Below are positions 26,173 through 29,314 of a stretch of DNA of 29,314 nt, piece by piece (positions within the stretch are counted from its first letter, which is position 1; each line of letters begins with the position of its first letter). The stretch comes from a virus. Taxonomy: Duplodnaviria; Caudoviricetes. Under the pieces are notes generated by a model. It was given only the letters and a program-made list of their open reading frames with translations. It was not told the DNA's origin and did not search any database. The stretch lies in IMG/VR virus record IMGVR_UViG_3300028638_000443, positions 1 through 29,314 of that record. One strand, written 5' to 3'. The position numbers and the translations under genes were made by a program.

Positions 26173-26315
26173 TTTGTCCCTCCAAAACCAAAAAAAGCGA
26201 AAATTATGATTAAAATAACGCTGGTAATATGTTCTTTGTTAATTCTTTTTTCGACGAAAAATAGTTTGTTTTTCTTATTTTCTTTAAGCTTTGGTAAAAA
26301 TATGCTTTCGTACAT
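26169..26315 (-). CDS. Small protein with hydrophobic C-terminus (48 aa)
   Basis: MYESIF...VILIIIFAFFGFGGTK; GAGGT RBS; ATGA overlap with next gene. Confidence 0.5.
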   Translation of the reverse strand: MYESIFLPKLKENKKNKLFFVEKRINKEHITSVILIIIFAFFGFGGTK

Positions 26316-26325
26316 TTTCGACCTC

Positions 26326-26565
26326 TTAATTCGTTTTTATTGCATCTATAGTTTTTTTCTTTTTTCTCGTATCCATGACGTCTTCTCCTGTAGTCTCAAG
26401 CCAGCTGAAAAAGTCTTCAGATACAAATCTTATTTGCCCTCCAACTCTTAAAGGCTTTGCAAAATTTCCGTCTGCGATTAAAGACCTGACAGTCCTTACC
26501 GATACTTGAAGAAATTCGGCAACTTGAGGCACAGTAAATGTCTTGTATTTTTCAAGGTCTGCCAT
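26326..26565 (-). CDS. xis: Excisionase-like HTH protein (HTH_17)
   Basis: TVPQVAEFLQVSVRTVRSLI..G......VGGQIRF. Confidence 0.8.
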   Translation of the reverse strand: MADLEKYKTFTVPQVAEFLQVSVRTVRSLIADGNFAKPLRVGGQIRFVSEDFFSWLETTGEDVMDTRKKKKTIDAIKTN

Positions 26566-26567
26566 TG

Positions 26568-26981
26568 TTATTTTCCCTCCTCTAAAAAAGAAATATATGC
26601 AGCACTGGCCATTATGCAGTCATATATTGCTTTCTTTATTTTTTTAAGTTCTTGTTTCGTTATTTTCCCGTCAAAGTTTGAATCAATAATTACTTTCGTT
26701 GAATTGATTTTCTTTTGCAAAAGTTTTTTAAAATCAATATTTTTTTCTTCTTTAATTGGTATATATACGCCTCCGCACAGCTGGCAGAGGTTTTGGATAA
26801 TTATTGGATTGCCCGAAAGCCGAGTAAACATAGGGATAATATCGGCCGGCATTCTTGTACCTGAAATTTCAGGATTTTCTGCATATCTATATATTTGTGA
26901 TTTGCTTAAATTTACTAAGGCGGCCAATTTTTTTGCATTGGTTTTTTCCAACAATTCGGCTACGCTTTCATAAATTTGCAT
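26568..26981 (-). CDS. Phage regulatory CII-family protein (186/CP76-like)
   Basis: N-terminal HTH (KKLAALVNLSKSQIYRYAENP), DGKIT.QE..KI near C-terminus. Confidence 0.7.
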   Translation of the reverse strand: MQIYESVAELLEKTNAKKLAALVNLSKSQIYRYAENPEISGTRMPADIIPMFTRLSGNPIIIQNLCQLCGGVYIPIKEEKNIDFKKLLQKKINSTKVIIDSNFDGKITKQELKKIKKAIYDCIMASAAYISFLEEGK

Positions 26982-27206
26982 TTATTTGCACTCCCTGCGC
27001 GAAAAAAATATATTGCTTTCGCATTTTGAAGCTGCTAAAATAAAAAAACACGAATCAGCAATCTGCATTGCCAACGCGTGTTTAAATTTGGTAAAATTGA
27101 AAATATTGGAAAGGGTGGAAGCCTTTAATAAAAGAACGTCGGCAAACGGAACTTTTTTTGCAGACTTGCCACCCCTTGAATTTGATAAAAAATTTTTTTG
27201 TTTCAT
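26982..27206 (-). CDS. Leader ORF spanning a structured RNA and terminator (74 aa)
   Basis: First ORF after the early promoter; stop abuts the CII ATG; no HTH. Confidence 0.45.
   Translation of the reverse strand: MKQKNFLSNSRGGKSAKKVPFADVLLLKASTLSNIFNFTKFKHALAMQIADSCFFILAASKCESNIFFSRRECK
27042..27083 (-). terminator. Intrinsic terminator in the early leader
   Basis: AAACACG-cg-TTGGCAAT-gcag-ATTGCTGA-tt-CGTGTTT running into a U7 tract. Confidence 0.7.
27110..27177 (-). ncRNA. Candidate structured leader/antisense RNA
   Basis: AAGGGGTGG-C-AAGTCT pairs with AGGCTT-CCACCCTTT (15 bp, one bulge, two G-U pairs), enclosing a GCAAA/TTTGC hairpin. Confidence 0.5.
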
Positions 27207-27232
27207 TTTCCGTTTGCCTTTTTCTTATTATT

Positions 27233-27252
27233 TCTTATAAAAGTTTATAAGA
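27233..27252. promoter_or_regulatory. Putative repressor operator
   Basis: Palindrome TCTTATAAA-AG-TTTATAAGA over the -10 and start of the early promoter; related half-site TTTGTAAGA 10 bp further on. Confidence 0.65.
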
Positions 27253-27270
27253 TTTTGTAAGATTTGTCAA
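27242..27270 (-). promoter_or_regulatory. Early lytic promoter (pR-like)
   Basis: TTGACA-17 bp-TAAACT in the divergent intergenic region. Confidence 0.75.
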
Positions 27271-27306
27271 GTATTATTTTTGTCGTCTATAAAAGGATAC
27301 GAACAA

Positions 27307-27666
27307 ATGAAAGAACAAGATTTTTTAAAACTATTAAAGACTTTTAATGGCGGTATTTTACGCGGTGCAAAACGGAATCTTTCCAAAAAATTAAAGTGTA
27401 GTGAAACTTTAATAACTCATTTTGTAAAAGGAAGACAAAAACCATCAGAAAAAATCATAAAAGAAATGGCTAATATCTTGTCTACTTCCGAAGACAAACT
27501 CCAAAAAATTTTTGACATTGGAGACCAAAATATAGTTGCTATAGGAGACAATAACAATATCTCTTATAATCAAATGCAAAAAGAATTAGAACTTAAAGAA
27601 GAAAAAATAAAGTTTTTAGAAGAGCAAATAGCATTTTATAAATCCAAACAAGGCGGTAAAAAATGA
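27307..27666 (+). CDS. XRE-family HTH repressor (CI-like), no S24 peptidase domain
   Basis: LSKKLKCSETLITHFVKGRQKPS HTH, C-terminal coiled coil; ATG 27307 after AAAGGA; divergent from the early operon. Confidence 0.8.
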   Translation: MKEQDFLKLLKTFNGGILRGAKRNLSKKLKCSETLITHFVKGRQKPSEKIIKEMANILSTSEDKLQKIFDIGDQNIVAIGDNNNISYNQMQKELELKEEKIKFLEEQIAFYKSKQGGKK

Positions 27667-28250
27667 GAAAAATATTATTAGTTTTATTTATGTGTTTTAT
27701 TTCAAGCTATGCTTTTTCAGCTAAAGATGCAAACTGGGTTATTAAAAAAGTTAAAGTTGAAGAAGATTCTTTTGCGAAAATAAAAAGAACAATTTTCCCG
27801 AAAATAGATTATAGACAAGTTTCCCCTTCAGAAGTTAAAGAAAAAACTGGCATAAGCGTATGGTCATCTCCCAATTTCACTTATAATATTATTATTGTTG
27901 AAGATTTAAAGACAAATATTAAAACAATAAAAATAATGACTAAAGAAAATTTATTAAATTTAGCTGGAGATAAAGATTTTCCAAACTATACAAAAGCTTT
28001 AGATGCTCAAGGTGTTGAGTTGAACTTTCAAACTGAAGAAAAATACGAACCTAAAAAATATGGTTCTGCGTTTAAACAATCTTATCCATCAGAAACTTTT
28101 TCTATAACTATAACAAAAGACTATCTCGAAAAATTCAGAGAAGATGGTCTTGTTATCAAAATATATGGTGAAAGAGAAAGTCCGATTTATCATATATCAT
28201 CTTTTTATATAGATGGAGTTCTTAAATATTTGGACAAAGCTGATAAATAA
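27663..28250 (+). CDS. Exported protein in the lysogeny module
   Basis: Sec-type signal MRKILLVLFMCFISSYAFS; ATGA overlap with the repressor. Confidence 0.75.
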   Translation: MRKILLVLFMCFISSYAFSAKDANWVIKKVKVEEDSFAKIKRTIFPKIDYRQVSPSEVKEKTGISVWSSPNFTYNIIIVEDLKTNIKTIKIMTKENLLNLAGDKDFPNYTKALDAQGVELNFQTEEKYEPKKYGSAFKQSYPSETFSITITKDYLEKFREDGLVIKIYGERESPIYHISSFYIDGVLKYLDKADK

Positions 28251-28258
28251 GGAATGTT

Positions 28259-29314
28259 ATGCCGCACGTTAGAAAAAGAGGCAATATCTATTATGTCTAT
28301 TGGTACGAACAGAAGAAACACAAATCTAAACCGGTAAGTCCAATAGAAAAAGACGCAATTGCAGAAGCAGCGAAAATCACATTACGGCTGTATGCGAAGA
28401 AGAACGGTACAACGATAAGTAACTATCCTCTTTTAGATTTTATCCAAGAATATATTAAAGAATATGTAAATTACAAAAGTCTCCGCACAAGAAAGAGAGA
28501 CAAAATAACAATAAACACTTTTCTTACGCTTTGCCCCGAAATTAAAACAGTTTCGGCTTTTGATGATTTATCCCTTAAAAACTATAAAATGCGCAGGAAA
28601 GGCAAAGCTGAGGCTACAATCAACAGAGAATTGGGCACTCTTAAGCACATGCAGAAAATTGCTTTTGAAAAGAACTACTTATCCGAAGATGTTTCAAAAA
28701 AAACAAAATTTCTTGAAATTGAAGATAATCAGACAGGGTATATCCCCTCTGATTCGGACTTAAAGATATATTTTGCAAATATTTCAGAGCCGATGATTAA
28801 TGCTTCAATCTTCGGAATGTTAGGAATGAGAGCCGGCGAGGCTGTACATATTGCCCCTGAAGATATGGATTTTGAGGCAAACATCATAAAAATTAGGGCA
28901 AAAGAAGAAGACGGCTGGGAGCCGAAGAATAAAACTTCTGCGAGAGACGTTCCGATGCACCCGGATTATCGTAACTACTTTTTTAAAAGATATAAAATCG
29001 CAGTCAAGAACAAATATAAATATATGTGCTATTATGACGATGGCAGATGTCTAAACGAAAGCACTCTTTCATCAATTATATATAAATTGAAAACAAAACG
29101 ATTAAAAGACAAAATAGATCCGAAATTTCATTTTCATTCGCTAAGACATAAATTTATAACTCTAGCCGGGAATGACAATATTCCTTTGATTCAAATTGCC
29201 AAAATTGTAGGGCATTCTTCGACCAAACTTACCGAAAAGATTTATTATCATAGCTCAGCAAAAAAGAATCTGGAATCTATATCAAGAATAGATATGCCTG
29301 TCAAAATTAAATAA
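28259..29314 (+). CDS. int: Tyrosine integrase
   Basis: GMRAGE (R), PKNK (K), HSLRH, GHS, KIYYH (Y); basic N-terminal arm-binding region. Confidence 0.96.
   Translation: MPHVRKRGNIYYVYWYEQKKHKSKPVSPIEKDAIAEAAKITLRLYAKKNGTTISNYPLLDFIQEYIKEYVNYKSLRTRKRDKITINTFLTLCPEIKTVSAFDDLSLKNYKMRRKGKAEATINRELGTLKHMQKIAFEKNYLSEDVSKKTKFLEIEDNQTGYIPSDSDLKIYFANISEPMINASIFGMLGMRAGEAVHIAPEDMDFEANIIKIRAKEEDGWEPKNKTSARDVPMHPDYRNYFFKRYKIAVKNKYKYMCYYDDGRCLNESTLSSIIYKLKTKRLKDKIDPKFHFHSLRHKFITLAGNDNIPLIQIAKIVGHSSTKLTEKIYYHSSAKKNLESISRIDMPVKIK

Larger units (their letters stand above)
1..29314. mobile_element. Temperate tailed phage/prophage, partial (integrase to tail module)
   Basis: Ordered integrase, repressor, recombination, replication, terminase, portal, capsid and tail genes; no host housekeeping genes. 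Confidence 0.97.

Noticed and set aside
655-26973. Many + strand ORFs in the track (for example 655-1086, 7827-8345, 15558-16148, 26506-26973)
   Set aside because: Antisense shadows of well-supported - strand genes; Phe/Ser/Leu-biased and without motifs
26982-27206. Cro repressor
   Set aside because: No HTH pattern; the sequence looks constrained by RNA structure
29290-29314. att site
   Set aside because: The window ends at the integrase stop codon, so no flanking sequence is visible
1-29314. Alternative genetic code or diversity-generating retroelement
   Set aside because: Genes tile densely under the standard code; no reverse transcriptase or template/variable repeat pair seen

Overview
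The window is about 29 kb of a temperate, long-tailed phage or prophage, low GC, with the lysis and distal tail genes outside it. Right end (+ strand): XRE repressor, an exported protein and a tyrosine integrase. All other genes are on the - strand. The early operon starts at a divergent sigma70 promoter and carries a structured leader, CII-like and Xis-like regulators, Bet plus a PD-(D/E)XK exonuclease, VRR-NUC, a six-gene PRTRC-type ubiquitin-like cassette (E-like, Ubl/C, F-like, E2/B, JAB/A, E1/ThiF), YopX, a DEDDh exonuclease, a methyltransferase-like protein and a DUF6291 replication protein with iteron-like repeats. A second sigma70 promoter, followed by two terminators, precedes the late genes: a ParB/glycosyltransferase chimera, TerS, GpA-type TerL, a portal-gpF fusion, ClpP-scaffold, Mu-like capsid, neck, tail tube, frameshifted chaperones and tape measure. 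Two leads stand out: (1) a phage-encoded E1/E2/Ubl/JAB conjugation system in the lytic early operon; (2) a structured early-leader RNA complementary to a GGCAAACGG motif found near +20 of both the early and late transcripts. All family calls come from motif recognition by eye; no database searches were run.
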